From: Azolla caroliniana
Taxonomy: Eukaryota > Plantae > Polypodiophyta
Direction of reading: 5' to 3'
NCBI GenBank assembly: GCA_043228905.1
Contig: JBHGNT010000010.1
Coordinates: 13,454,001 to 13,518,000, forward strand
Length of the DNA stretch: 64,000 nucleotides
Below the pieces are notes generated by a model. It was not told where the DNA came from and searched no databases. It saw only the letters and a list, made by a program, of their open reading frames with translations. Shown one piece after another: positions 26,801 through 39,515 of this stretch. The translations under genes were made by a program, and so were the position numbers. Numbering within the stretch: the first letter of the stretch is position 1; every line of letters starts with the position of its first letter.

Positions 26801-29610
26801 TTGCAACCGGTGAACAAGGTCACGATCCGGAACTCTGGAGTCGGTCCGATAGTGGACGAATTTGCGGAAGCATTTGCCGGTCGCGCGATATACTCCATCG
26901 GAGACCTATACTCCAGATATGACCAATTACACCTAGCAGTGGAGAGCCGAGACATCACTACCATACGGACACCGATAGGATTAGTCCGTATGTGCACACT
27001 ACCACAAGGCGCAACAAACTCGGTCGCACATATGATAAATGCAATGAACAAGGTGCTCCGGGACTGCATTCCGGAGATAACGATGCCGTTCCTAGATGAC
27101 ATTTCGATAAAAGGATGCGAGTGGAAGAAAAAGATCAGACTATGGATGATCAGGGATGCCGACAGTTCGTAGTCGACCATATTCGCGATTGCGAGAAAGT
27201 GCTTCGAAAGTTAGAAGATGTGCACCTAACACTTTCCGGGGAGAAATCGGCATTTGGGCAAGAAGAGATATTGGTAGTCGGACATCTATGTGAGCCCTAC
27301 GACCAAAGACCGTCACCGACCAAGATCGATGCGATTCAAGCGATGAAAGAAATATGCGAGTCACAATCCGAAGTCCGAAGGTTTCTCGGAGCGTGTGCAT
27401 TCAACCAGATATGGATTCCACACTATGCACATATTGCGAACCCACTCTATCACTTGTTGCGGAAGGGTAAGAAGTTTGAATGGAAACCGGAGCATACCAA
27501 AGCCGTGAAGAAGCTCAAGAAATCACTACAGAGGGCAAAAGCACTAAATAAACCGAACTATGACCGACCGATCATATTAACGGTTGACACAAGTCCAATT
27601 GGAATCGGATGGGTCATCAATGACGCCGACTCGGATGGTTCGCGATATCCAATCCGATTCGGAGCAAAGGTTCTCAACGAAAGGCAACGCGGGTATGCAC
27701 AAGTCAAAAGAGAATTATGGGGAGTCGTGTCGGCAATCAAATCGGATCGAGATTATTTTATCGAAGCCGAAGTAGTGATTGAAACGGATTGTCTTCCGAT
27801 ACTCGGGATGATGCGGTGTTGCACGATACTGGATGTGGCTATGCTAAGGTGGATTGCATATGTTAAGTCACTTAATCCGGAGGTACAACACATCTCCGGA
27901 AAAGACAACGCGATAGCAGATATGCTATCAAGGGTGTGGTTTAGAGATGACATAACCGAATCCGATAATGAAGTAGTTTCCGAAGACTACTTTGCTTCGG
28001 AGCACATATGCCGGGTGAACGTAATCCGAGAATTCTGGGAAGAAGAATACGAGGGAGAAAGCTTGTTGATCGGGAAAGTGCTACAAGAAATAAAGAGAAG
28101 AGAGCTGAGATCCGAAGTAAGAAGCTGCAAGTCCGAAAGTTCTTCTTGAAAAATGGATTAATATGGAGGGAGCCGAAAAGACCGGATGGCATACCACTTC
28201 GGGTAGTCAGGATGAAAGAGCAACGAAACTGGATAATGTCCGAATTTCACGAATCCGATTGGGCTGGACATCGATGAACATGGGCAACTTTTGTGAAAAT
28301 CAAACAAAAATATTGGTGGAAGAACATGTACAAAGATATAACGGAATTCACGGAAAGCTGCAAGAAGTGTCAAATCTACTCCGGACTTCGACATCGAGAT
28401 GAGTTACATCCGACATTCTCACCGACAATCAACTTCAAATGGATGGTCAATATTGTAGCCATGCCAACCGGGATCGGACAAAAGAAGTACTTGGTGTTAG
28501 CTTGGGAAGATCTCACAAACCAAGTAGAAGGTCGGGCGCTACGAAGGAAAACGTGTTACTGCAGTATGCCAATTTCTTTTGGAGGAGGTGTTTTGCCGAT
28601 ACAGGTGTGTAGGACAAGTGATTGCGGATCAGGGAGAACTCGACTCTGACAAAGCTAAGGAATTCTTCACCAAACATGGAGTTTGGTTAACACTGACAAC
28701 GGCATACAATCCGGAAGCCAACGGGAAGATCGAACGAGGACATAGTCCGATTGTCAAAGCACTTGCGAAGGCATGCAATGGAAGGGTGAAGGATTGGCCG
28801 TAGATGCTTCTGTATGCACTATGGGCAGATCGGACAACGCATAGCTCCGTAACCGGTTACATGTCGGCAGAACTTATGACCGGACAAGCACTGGTAATGC
28901 CAATGGAAACCGCGATCGTGACATGGACAGTGCTACCGTGGAAGGAAGAGATGAGCCAGGAAGAACTACTAGCTGTTCGGATATGACAACTAGAGGAAAG
29001 ACCGAAAGACATAGCGGAAGCAATATGCTGACAACAAGAAGCGTGATTCCGGAATAAAAGCTGATTCGACACAAAGCACCAACTACGACCGCGGAAGATT
29101 GAAGAAGGAGATTGGGTGATTGTCTACGACAGTAGTTTGGATCATCAACATACAACGATGCGGACGTTCGCGAAAAGGTGGTTCGGGCCATACGAGGTTT
29201 GGAAAGTTTTCGACAACGGAACTTACCGACTATGCGAGTTGGATGGAACGATGCTACGAATGCCTATAGCCGGGAAACGGGTGAAGATTTTCAAGAAGCG
29301 GACTGATGAAGAACCCTATGTGATCCTACACAAGACCGACAAGGAGCAATCGAACGAAGATCGCGGTGATGCGAAAAGAGAAGAAAGTGGATTACAACTC
29401 ATAGTCGACTTAAGGGGAGAATCGGAGGAAGCTTCGGATGAAGGTGAATAGCAAGCATCAGGGACTTCGGCACATATCAAAGGATGTGCGGGTTCGGAGG
29501 GGGCGAGTGTCGTAGTGTGAATCACACACTACATGAAATATGCAAAATACTATACCCGATTTAAAGTACCTATAATAAATAAAATAAAATATTAAAAGTA
29601 TTTATTATGT

Positions 29611-29682
29611 GCATAAGGCAGGATTCAAACCCTATACCTCCACGTAGACAAACCCCAACTTTACCATTGTACTAACTTATCC
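29611..29682 (-). other. tRNA-like A/B-box module inside the 3' LTR (antisense)
   Basis: 72 nt. Ends GGATAAG/CTTATGC pair at 6 of 7 positions like an acceptor stem. A box TAGTACAATGG, B box GGTTTGAATCC. Confidence 0.7.
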
Positions 29683-30125
29683 TAAGTGCTCTAAATATAG
29701 ATTTAATACGTATAAGACCTTTATTTACGCCTACCTTTATTAAAAGATAAGTCATGCATTTTTTAGAATGCGTGCATACATATTTATATGAAAAATGTAC
29801 ACCAATAAAAAATGACTCGTGCACATCTAGCGAGCATGAGCACTATATTTAGGAAATAAAAGCATAGTGTAAAAAGGCAACTCGTGCACATTTAGTGTGC
29901 ATGAACACTTTAGAAAAAGCATGAAGCTATGCTTATCCTCTTCCATCCTTATATAAGGAGGAGAGAAAGATGTATGGGGGTTGGTTGCTTATTTTACAAG
30001 GGTGGATTGATATAATATAATCGTGGGATTCACGAATTTGCGAACTATTTTTTCTCTCTTAATCTGAGTAGTCGCTAATACACTATACTTGTGGGATTCA
30101 CGAGGTTTTCATATCTTTCTTTCTT

Positions 30126-32564
30126 CAAAGAGCTTACCCACAGATTAAAAGAGAGTTATGGGGGTATGTTAACAGCTATTAAAACAGATCGTGAATACTT
30201 AATTGGTGCTAAAGTTGTGGTTGAAACAGATTGTCGTCCATTGTTAGGAATGATTTCAAGTTGTGAAACATCTGATATAGCTATGCTTAGATGGATAGGT
30301 TACATAAAATCACTATGTCCTGAAATCAAGCACATTGCAGGAACGGATAACCCAGTTGCCGATATGCTTTCAAGAGCGAGGTTTAAAGGTAAAAATGCTA
30401 TGGTAATGACTGATGAAGAAGATGAGAGTTTTGATTTCTTTTCCATAAATTGTAACTTGAAGGGGTCATGTGATTTGGGTGTTCATGTTATTCTTCGTGA
30501 ATCTGAGTACGAGGGGGAGATGTTACAAATTGGAAAATACTTGAGTACTCATGAGAAAGATGGAAGATGGTCAAGGGAGCTATTTCATAAAATAAGAAAG
30601 AAAGCTTATAAATTTTTTCTTCATGAGGGATATCTTTGGAGACATCCAAAAGTTGTGAAAGAGATTCCGTAAAGAGTGGTTGGAAGAAGGGAAGAGCAAC
30701 AAAAACTAATATTTGAAGTTCATGATACTTTATGGGTAGGTCATCGTGGAGTTTGGGCCACCTACTCGAAATTAAAAGAGAAGTTTTGGTGGGTTGGAAT
30801 GTACAATGATGTTGCAGATTATGTACAATCATGTGAGAACTGCCAAATGTATTCGAATATTCGGCATCGTGATGGGTTGCAACCTACTTATTCTTTATCT
30901 CTACATTATAAATGGGTTGTGGATATTGTAATGATGCCTGTGGGGGTTTGGCAAATGAGATATCTTGTATTTGCAAGAGAAGATTTGACAAATCAAGTGG
31001 AAGGTCGAGCCCTACACCAAAAAACCACTTCAGCTATTTGTAAGTTCCTTCTTGAAGATGTGATATGTAGGTATGGGTGCATTGGGAAGATTGTTGCAGA
31101 CAGAGGAGAACTAGATTCTAACGAAGTTGAACAATTTGTTTCAAGAAAGGGAATTTGACTGTGCTTAACTATGACATAGAACCCTAAAGTTAATGGGAAG
31201 GCTGAGCGTGGACATAGCCCTATAGTAAAAGCTTTGGTGAAAGCTTGTGATGGCAAGATAGCTAACTGGCCTCATCTATTACCGTATGCACTATGGGTTG
31301 ACCGCACTACTCACAGTTCCGTAAATGGCTTTATGCCATCAGAATTGATACTTGGTCAAAAGCCAATTATGCTAGTAGAGCAATCAGTATTTTCTTGGGT
31401 TTCCTTGCCATGGGAAAATGAAATGAGTCGAGAAGATTTGCTTGCTCTTAGAATAAGACAGCTAGAAAGAAGGGATGACGATGTTCAAATAGCTACGAAA
31501 AGGATGAAACAATGTCGACTACGGAACAAAGAAAGATTTGATAAAACCCATCGCCTTCGACCAAGAAACCTCCAAGAAGGTGATTCGGTCATAGTTTATG
31601 ATAGCAACTTGGATAACCAACATAGTACTTCTCGCAAATTTGCCAAAAGATGGTTCGGGTCATATATCATTAGACAAGTGAATAAAAATGCAATTTATTT
31701 CCTATCCAAAATGGATGGAATTGCTTTAAAGTTACCAATTGCAGGAAAGCGAATTAAGCTATTCAAGAAAAGGGAAGATCAAAGCACTAACTTCCTCAAC
31801 GAAGATGACATCCATGAATCTAAAGAAGGAGACATTCGTTGGCACATGCCAAAGGATGCACAGGTCTGGAGGGGGAGGATGTCGTGATGTTTCCATGCCA
31901 CGATGAGAAAATAACTTCTACCAATGTATATGAGCTTATTCAAATGTTTGTAAAAGGTTATATAAAGTGGGAGACCTCGATGAATAGGAGAGTGTGGGGG
32001 TTTAGGTGTCGTGAAAGATTTGCTTCACGATAGAAAAATAAACTAAAATATTGTATCGAATAACATTCGAGAGACTTGACCCCACAACCTCACATACCAA
32101 ACACAAGGCACATACCATTAGGCTAGGTCATTTGTTCTTTAAAAAAAAAATTTTATAATGTTTGTACTTATGTCATGTATATTTTCATACATGAAACCTC
32201 AAATGCGTGGGATGTCTATCATGCATCACATGTAATACATGAACGCCAAATGGGAATCATGATGCATCACATGCATTTCATGCACTACATGCATATTTTA
32301 TACCCTCACATGCATTATATGCATGGGGGCACCTATTTAAAGAGGGAAAGGGAAAAGAGTGAGGGGAGAAGATGAGACGAGGAATATTATTGTAATAGGA
32401 GGGACAAGCTATATTATTTTACAAGAAATATTTTGTAATCATCTTCAAATATCAATATAAGTTATTTCTATTTCTCCTCTTTCTTTGACAAGAAGTCTGG
32501 TGCTTACTTCCCGGATACGCGATTTTCTTTTCGTTTGCTCTCATACACCAAGATCGACATGACA
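30126..32564 (+). mobile_element. 3' half (RH-IN-3' LTR) of a related Gypsy family
   Basis: Translations parallel 27690-29320 (IKTDREYLIGAKVVVETDC; AREDLTNQVEGRAL). PPT GGAGGGGGAGGA. LTR 31880-32564 with termini TGTCGTG...CATGACA. Confidence 0.9.
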
Positions 32565-35440
32565 TCGACGCCTGAATAAAGTATGAGTTTTTGGTTATGC
32601 CTTTTGGTTTGACCAGTGCTCCGGCCACATTTCAACAAGAAATGAATGACATTTTACAAGAAAAACTTTGAAAATTTGTCGTTATTTTCTTGGATGATAT
32701 TTTAGTTTATAGTCTTACATTAGAAGAAAATGCTAAACATGTTTGCTTTGTTTTACAAACATTGTGCGACAAGCAATTCTACGCTAAGATCTCAAAATGT
32801 GAGTTCTTCAAGAAATCAACTACTTATCTTGGACATCTCATAATCGAACGAGGAGTTGAAATTGATCCTTCTCGCATCGAGAAAATCAAACTTTGGCCCA
32901 CTCTTCGGAATATTCGAGAAGTTCAATCATTCCTTGGTTTTGTTGGGTTTTGGCAAAAATCCCTTCTTAATTTAATTACTCCCTTGACGAAGCCATTTAT
33001 TGATCATCTAAATGGTCAAACGCGTAAGTCTACAAAATCTATTGTGTGGAATGCTACACTAGACCTCGCCTTTAAGGAACTCAAGGACCTAGTGTGCAAG
33101 GATCCTTCGCTTCTTTTACCCGATCCTTCAAAACCTTTTGAAGTTGAAACTGATGCAAGCGATTATGCTATAGGGGCTATCTTATATCAAGATGGTAAAC
33201 CAATAGCATTCGAGAGTAAGAAACTTGATTCTGCTCAATGTTAGTATACGATTTAAGAAAAGGAATTATTTGTAGTTATACATGCGCTCAAAACATGGCG
33301 GCGCCATTATCTTTATGGAAATCGTTTTGTGGTAACTATGGACCACGAGTCCTTGAAATTTCTATTGTGACCAACAAGACCTGAAAGGTCGTAAGGCACG
33401 ATGGGCTGATCTCATCCAATACTTTGATTTTTCCATACGATATCATAAAGGCTCCATGAACATTGTTGCTGATGCACTAAGTCGCATAACATGCTTAGCT
33501 TCATTGAAATAAGATCAAATCTTTATGATCACCTTCGAGGAAAGTATCCTAATGATAGTTCTTTTGCGAAATACTGGGCAAGAGTTGAGTCTGGAACAGA
33601 CACCACCACATCCTCGAAGGAATCACTCCACATTGCTAACGGTCTGCTCTACCGCAATGGGAAGGTTTGTGTTCTAGATTTGCTTGAGGTCAAAAAGAGA
33701 ATTATTTTTGAATGTCATGATGTAGCCTCTGCAGGGCACCCTAGAATACATCGTACACTCGTTCTCATCTCCAATCAATTCTATTGTCCTGACATACATA
33801 GCTATGTGACTAATGTCACCAATGTCACCAATGTTAAGTTAACAAAGTTGAGCGACTTAAAGCTACAGGACTTTTACATCCCTTGGACATTCCCAATAAT
33901 AAGTGGGAAAGTATATCCATGGATTTTATTGTTAGCCTTCCTCGCACCGAAAAAAGCCATGATGCCATCTAAGTTGTGGTTGATAGACTAACTAAAATGG
34001 TCATATTCATTGCTACTAAAACCATGGTAACAACTCCTGAATTGGCTTACCAATTCATTGACGAGTTATTTTGTTTTTATAGGTTATTGATGGATATCAT
34101 GAGTGATCGAGATCCAAAGTTTACTAGTGACTTCTGGACGAAAGTCTTTAAGAAGTTAGAAACTACATTGAGCATGAGCTCCACGGATCACCCTCAATCC
34201 GATGGACAAACAGAACGAGTAAATCAAATTATTGAGGACATGCTTCGAGCATACATTGGTGCAAAACCAACAAAATGGGAACATTATCTCCCAAATTTGG
34301 AGTTTGCTTATAATAGCTCCAAGCATACATCGACGGGATATAGTCCTTTTAAGTTGATGTATGGTTTTCAGCCACGAGCCCCGATTGATGTTAATATACA
34401 TCATGATGAGTTGCGAAGTACGCAAAACTTTATTCGGGATATGCAAGATCTGTTGCATATTGCATGAGATAATATAAAAACAACTCAAGATGGAGCGCGG
34501 TTTTATGAGATCATAATAGGCAACCTCGTGTATTCAACCCTGGACAGAAGGTATTTTTACGTGTACCTCACAATTCTAAGACATTGTCTATGGGTAAGTG
34601 CGCTAAGTTAGCCCCATAGTTTTGTGGACCTTTTCAAGTCCTCAAACGCATTTGTTCATTAGCCTATCATTTCCCTCTTCCTGATGGCGTTGAAATTCAT
34701 CTAGTTTTTCATGTAAGTCATCTAAACGGAACTTTTAGGTTCTTGTGACAATACAGTTACAACTGAAACTCTGGTTAATTCTGAAGAATTATCTTCTAAA
34801 CACATGTATGAGAAAGAATTCTCGATGTTAAAACAAAAAATCTGCGTACTAAAATAATCCAAGAATTTAAAATTAAATGGATGGATAAATCTATCAAAGA
34901 TGCCACATGGGAACGCGAAAATACTTTTAGAACTAACTTCCCTAACTTTCCATTGCAAGAGTGCAATGTTTTAAAGAGGGGGGAGTATGTTACGGGCATG
35001 ACCATCTGATATCCCGCGGTGATAATTTACCGTAGTATTCTATACACGCGGATAAGTGTGAGGGTTAAACTAGAGTGTGAAGAAGGAGAGGATTACTTTT
35101 AATCCTCGGGATTGAGACAACCCATTAGTCCAAGTGTAAACTTGCCTAGGGGCCTTGGGTATCGATCGCTATAAATATCAGGCCTAGCTACCCTCATTTC
35201 ATCATATCTTGACTATGTCGAGACTTTGTTTTGTGGTGGGTGAACCCTTGTAGCGAGCGCACCAGCACCATGTACGACTTGACGCCACGATGGTGGTATG
35301 GGACGCCGATTGAGGCTTGAGTCCATCTTGATCCCTTTGATTGGAGGCGGTCGGGTGGAATGACACCTTCTTTCTCTCTCTCCTTTTAATCAATCGATCT
35401 ATCTTTTATCCTTATCATATGCTTACTTTAGATCGTAACT
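32565..35440 (+). mobile_element. Chromovirus fragment: RT-RH-IN-chromodomain and 3' LTR (34988-~35440)
   Basis: [36 protein letters not shown]. Chromodomain ERILDVK...FKIKWMDKSIKDATWE at ~34810-34920. PPT AAGAGGGGGGAG then TGTTACG. Confidence 0.88.
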
Positions 35441-36478
35441 CAAACAACTTTCCTTCTGGCCCGGCGTTGCCCAAAGTAACAACTAGCGTCTCCCAACTAT
35501 CCGGGAGGGAACTGAGCAGGAGCAATGCAAGTACCTCGTCGGCCAAAGGTACTTCAAGCAAAGTTGTTTGATTTATGAGCCCCTGAAATGCGTTCATGTG
35601 CTCCGCCATGCTGGATCCGTCATGGTACCAGAGTCTCACTAACTTCCGGAACACTGAAACCCGATTTACGACATTTTTACTCCCTAGCATGGTGTCGATT
35701 TTCTCCCAAAGGACATGAGCTTTACTTTCTTAATTGAAGTTGTTGTACATGATCATGTTGATGAAGCACCGTATGTATGCTGTCGTCTTCATGTGCATCA
35801 CCTCCCATATCGTGGCATCGATCTTATCCAGTTTCTTGTCCCCAAACTGTACCGACAGCCAGAGATCTTTGACCATGAGCATGTCCGTCATCTTTGACAT
35901 CCACACTGGGTAATTGGAGCCGACAAGCTTGAACATGCCGCCGAATGATTCTTCCATTTCCATTGTTTCCTCTGATACTAAATTTGTGCGGAAAATAGCG
36001 CTCAACCACAACTGAGTCTTAGACAACGAATGGAAGAAAAAACAAACTAAAACTAGATGACACAGGATGTTTACATGGAAACCCTAAACGGGAAAAGACC
36101 ACGGGAGCCCACAGACTCCAGCTATTATTATGAGGGGAGAAATACAATGTGAGACTCAAAGGCAACGATCTCGAGCTCTATGTCTTCGCTAACCGACGGT
36201 TACAACAGAAAACTCATTTTGTGTGTGTGTCTCTCTCTCTCACTCACTGTGTACACCCTCTATCAACAACTCTCATCACGCATAAAGTGATTGCCCTAAG
36301 TTAGATTTATACTTATATGAATTTGGGGCTATTTACAAATATAGCCTCAATGGGCTCACTATGAAACATATTTACACATATCTTCTTCAATCCGGTTTGC
36401 ACCGGATCCATCCGGATTCACTCGATCCAGTTTTCGGTTCTCATCCGGATCCCATCCGAAGGGACTAAATTCCCAACA
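35441..36478 (-). mobile_element. Copia family B 5' end (LTR 35985-36478, mutated Met-i PBS, gag N-terminus)
   Basis: Gag matches 42020-42540. PBS TAGTATCAGAG. LTR starts TGTTGGGA on the minus strand. Confidence 0.9.
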
Positions 36479-36485
36479 TTCCCGC

Positions 36486-37642
36486 TGTCGCGAAAATACG
36501 ACGAGGACACACGAACTTGAGGCAGGACCCCGGGGCCTCCGACCAGAGGATAATCACATTCATGCGTTTATATTTTTAACAATTAACAGAAAGAAGAAAT
36601 TTAATAATTTTCATTAACAAAGGAAAAAGAAATTACAATATGTCCCAAGATTTGGATTTAGAAGTTTTAGGTGTACTAAGATTAATAGAAAAGAAAAATT
36701 AGGGGTTTTGAGAGATATGGCTTCCGTAGGGAAATTTAGGATTAGGTTATATGAGTATTATGGCTTCCGTAGGGAAGATTAGGGTTTTTGAGTGTTATGG
36801 CTTCTGTAGGGAATTTTAGGGTTTATGTGAGTTATGGCTTCCCTAAGATAAGGGATCTGAGAAGGAAAAGAATAATAATGGAGAGAGTATGAGTATAGGA
36901 AAAAAAATGAAATATATATGGAGTTCCCTGTTGATCATATGCATGTCTACTTTTTGTTGCATGGCCTCTACTTTTAGTTGCATAGCTTCTTCTTTTAGTT
37001 GCATCTATTTTTAGTTGCATGGCTTTTTCTTTTAGTTGCATGCGACCGTCCACATGAACTTTACTTTAGTCTCTTTTACCTTTCTTTAATTATCCACATG
37101 ATCCTTTTATCCGTTCGGTTTGTGTCCAACCTCGTCTGGTCACCGGTTCCGTCCGGTCACTGATTGCCGCCGGATCGGGTTTGCTTACCGTCCGGTTTCC
37201 AGTTTTGCTTGCCGGCCCGGTTTCCGGTTTCCGGTTTTGCTTGCCGGCCCGGTTTCCGGTTTCCGGTTTTGCTTGCCGGCCGGTTTCCAGTTTTGCTTAT
37301 CGGCCCAGTTCCAGTTTTGCTTACCAGCCAGTTTCCGGTTTTGTTTACCGGCCGGTTTCCGGTTTTGCTTGCCGGCCGGTTTCCGGTTTTTGGGAACTTA
37401 GCCACCATCATCCATCAAGACAAAGTGGCCAAAGTGCTCTTTGCACAAATGAAAAATGAGGGACTCAAGGTGCTTATATAGCCAGGGCCTTAAGTTTCCT
37501 ATCTATATGGGATAAATAATAGTTCTATTTTCCCTATCTTCTCAAACATCCATCTTCTATAACATGCCATTAAGCTAATATAAAGTACTTATTTTATTAT
37601 TTATTATTATTTTCTACACAGTGTGAGAAGATTCACACCACA
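36486..37642 (-). mobile_element. Solo LTR, ~1.16 kb, with 4-bp TSD and internal minisatellites
   Basis: Plus-strand termini TGTCGCG...CACCACA. CCGC on both sides (36482-36485, 37643-37646). TATA GGCTATATAAGC on the minus strand. Confidence 0.7.
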
Positions 37643-37646
37643 CCGC

Positions 37647-39515
37647 TCTTCCGGATCTTCGTCTGGCTTCTCCTGCTTCACACCTCGCTCACGCTCCTTG
37701 ACCCATTCGATTCCGTGCGCCTCGACCCTTTCGATCGGCTTGTCTCCTCATGCGGCCTTTCTCAGCACCCTTGCTGTCGCGGTGTTGGTGCCTCTTTCGC
37801 TACCCTTTCCCCCACTTGGCCTTCAATTGATTCAGCATCTCCGAATCGAACATTCGAACCGAATCTGCTATCTCCAATTCTTTTCCACTCTTGCCCGAAT
37901 TGGCTATTTCCAATTCACCTTCTGTCCTCAGGTCCTTAACTACATCAGACCATGTCTTGATCTTGGCCTTCTTGGCCTTCTTGGCTTCATCTCCCCCTTC
38001 TTCAGCTGACTCCGGCTCTTTCCTTTGGTTGTTGCCCTTGTTTCCACCTTCGGCTTCTTCGGCCTACCCGAAATCGAATTCTTCATCCGCCTCAGCTTCA
38101 TGGTCATTCTGTTCCTTTCTTGGTCTTTTCTCCCCCCCAAGAGCACATCGAGGTGCCACAAACCAAGCGCACCCGAGAATTGCCACAACTTGTCGAGACC
38201 AAGGGGCTTGTTGAAGATATTGACAGTCTGCCGATCCGTCGGAACATACGATAGTTCGACTTCACCGGAGAGGACACACCCGTGGACAAAATGGTAGTGC
38301 ACTTGAATGTGCTTGATCCAGGCATGCAAGGCAGGGTATGTTGTTGACGTTGTCACAATAGATCGTCGTCAGATCAGACATCTCCACCTGTAGATCCTTG
38401 AGTAGCGTCTTGAGCCGGATGACTTCGTACGAAGCGACAACCACTCCTCAATACTTGGCCTCCGTGCTCGACAGTGGCATTGTCGGCTGCGTTTTACTAC
38501 TTCATACGATCACCGCACTTCCGAATGAAAATGCATTTCTAGATGTTGATCTGTGATCGCCGGCATTTCAGACCCAATAGGCATCCGTGTAACGGACTAA
38601 CTGCTCGTCTACTCCTGCCCGATATAGCAACGCCATGTCCTTAGTGCCACTGACATACCACAATATCCTTTGCATGCACTGAAGGTGTTTGGTCATGGGT
38701 TGCGACATAAATTGACTGATAAGGCTGACCAGGTAACTAAGATCCGGCCAAGTAATCATCAAATAAATTAGGATTTCGACAATCTGTCGAAACCATGTCG
38801 AGTCGCACGCCTTCCCCGAATCTCAACGAAGCTTGACGTTTCTTTCCAGAGGAGTTGTGATGGACTTATAGTCTGTCATCCGGAATTTGAAGAGCATACT
38901 CAACACGTAATATCGTTGGCTGATCAGTATGCCTTCGATGGTGCGGATCACTTCGATCCCTAGGAAGTAATGAAGGTCCCGTAGATCCTTTATGTCTAAT
39001 GATGCTACAAGCTGACACTTTACACGACCGATTTCATCTTTGTCGGTGCAGGCGATGACTAAATCATCAACATAAAGTAAAATACTAACTAGTCCATGTC
39101 AAACTTGGCAGATCTACAATGAAGAGTCCGATTTGGACGTCGCAAACCCCATCCAACGCAGGCGCTACGTGATCTTCGTGTTCCACGCGTGCGGGGCTTG
39201 TTTTAGTCCATAGAGGGACTTCTTTAGTCAACATACCGCCGAGGTGTTCTCTTCGAACTGAAATCCGGGGGTTGTACCATGTACACTTGCTCCTCAAGTT
39301 CTCCTTGCAAGAACGCATTCTTTACATCCATCTGATGTAAGTGCCACCCCTTTACCGCAGCTACCGGAAGCAGGACACGGACAGTTGTCATCTTCGTGAC
39401 TGGTGCAAAGGTCTCATCATAGTCGATGCCGTGTTGTTGTGCATATCCCTTAGCCACTAACTGGGCCTTGTAGCGGTTGACAGAACCATCGGTGTTATAC
39501 TTGACCTTGTACACC
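37647..39515 (-). mobile_element. Copia family A 3' part (RT-RH-3' region)
   Basis: [35 protein letters not shown]. Colinear with 6770-8620. Confidence 0.9.

Larger units (their letters stand above)
23141..30125 (+). mobile_element. Near full-length non-chromoviral Ty3/gypsy primed by tRNA-Trp; 3' LTR truncated
   Basis: 5' LTR 23141-23861, 3' LTR 29508-30125. Gag 23879-25135 (CIWCDSTEHNRRDC). PR LALIDH(R)S. RT FLDD. RH VDTSPIGIG. IN with GPY. PPT GGAGGGGGCGAG. Confidence 0.93.

Noticed and set aside
37120-37481. ORFs over the CCGG minisatellite
   Set aside because: They are translations of a low-complexity repeat inside an LTR.
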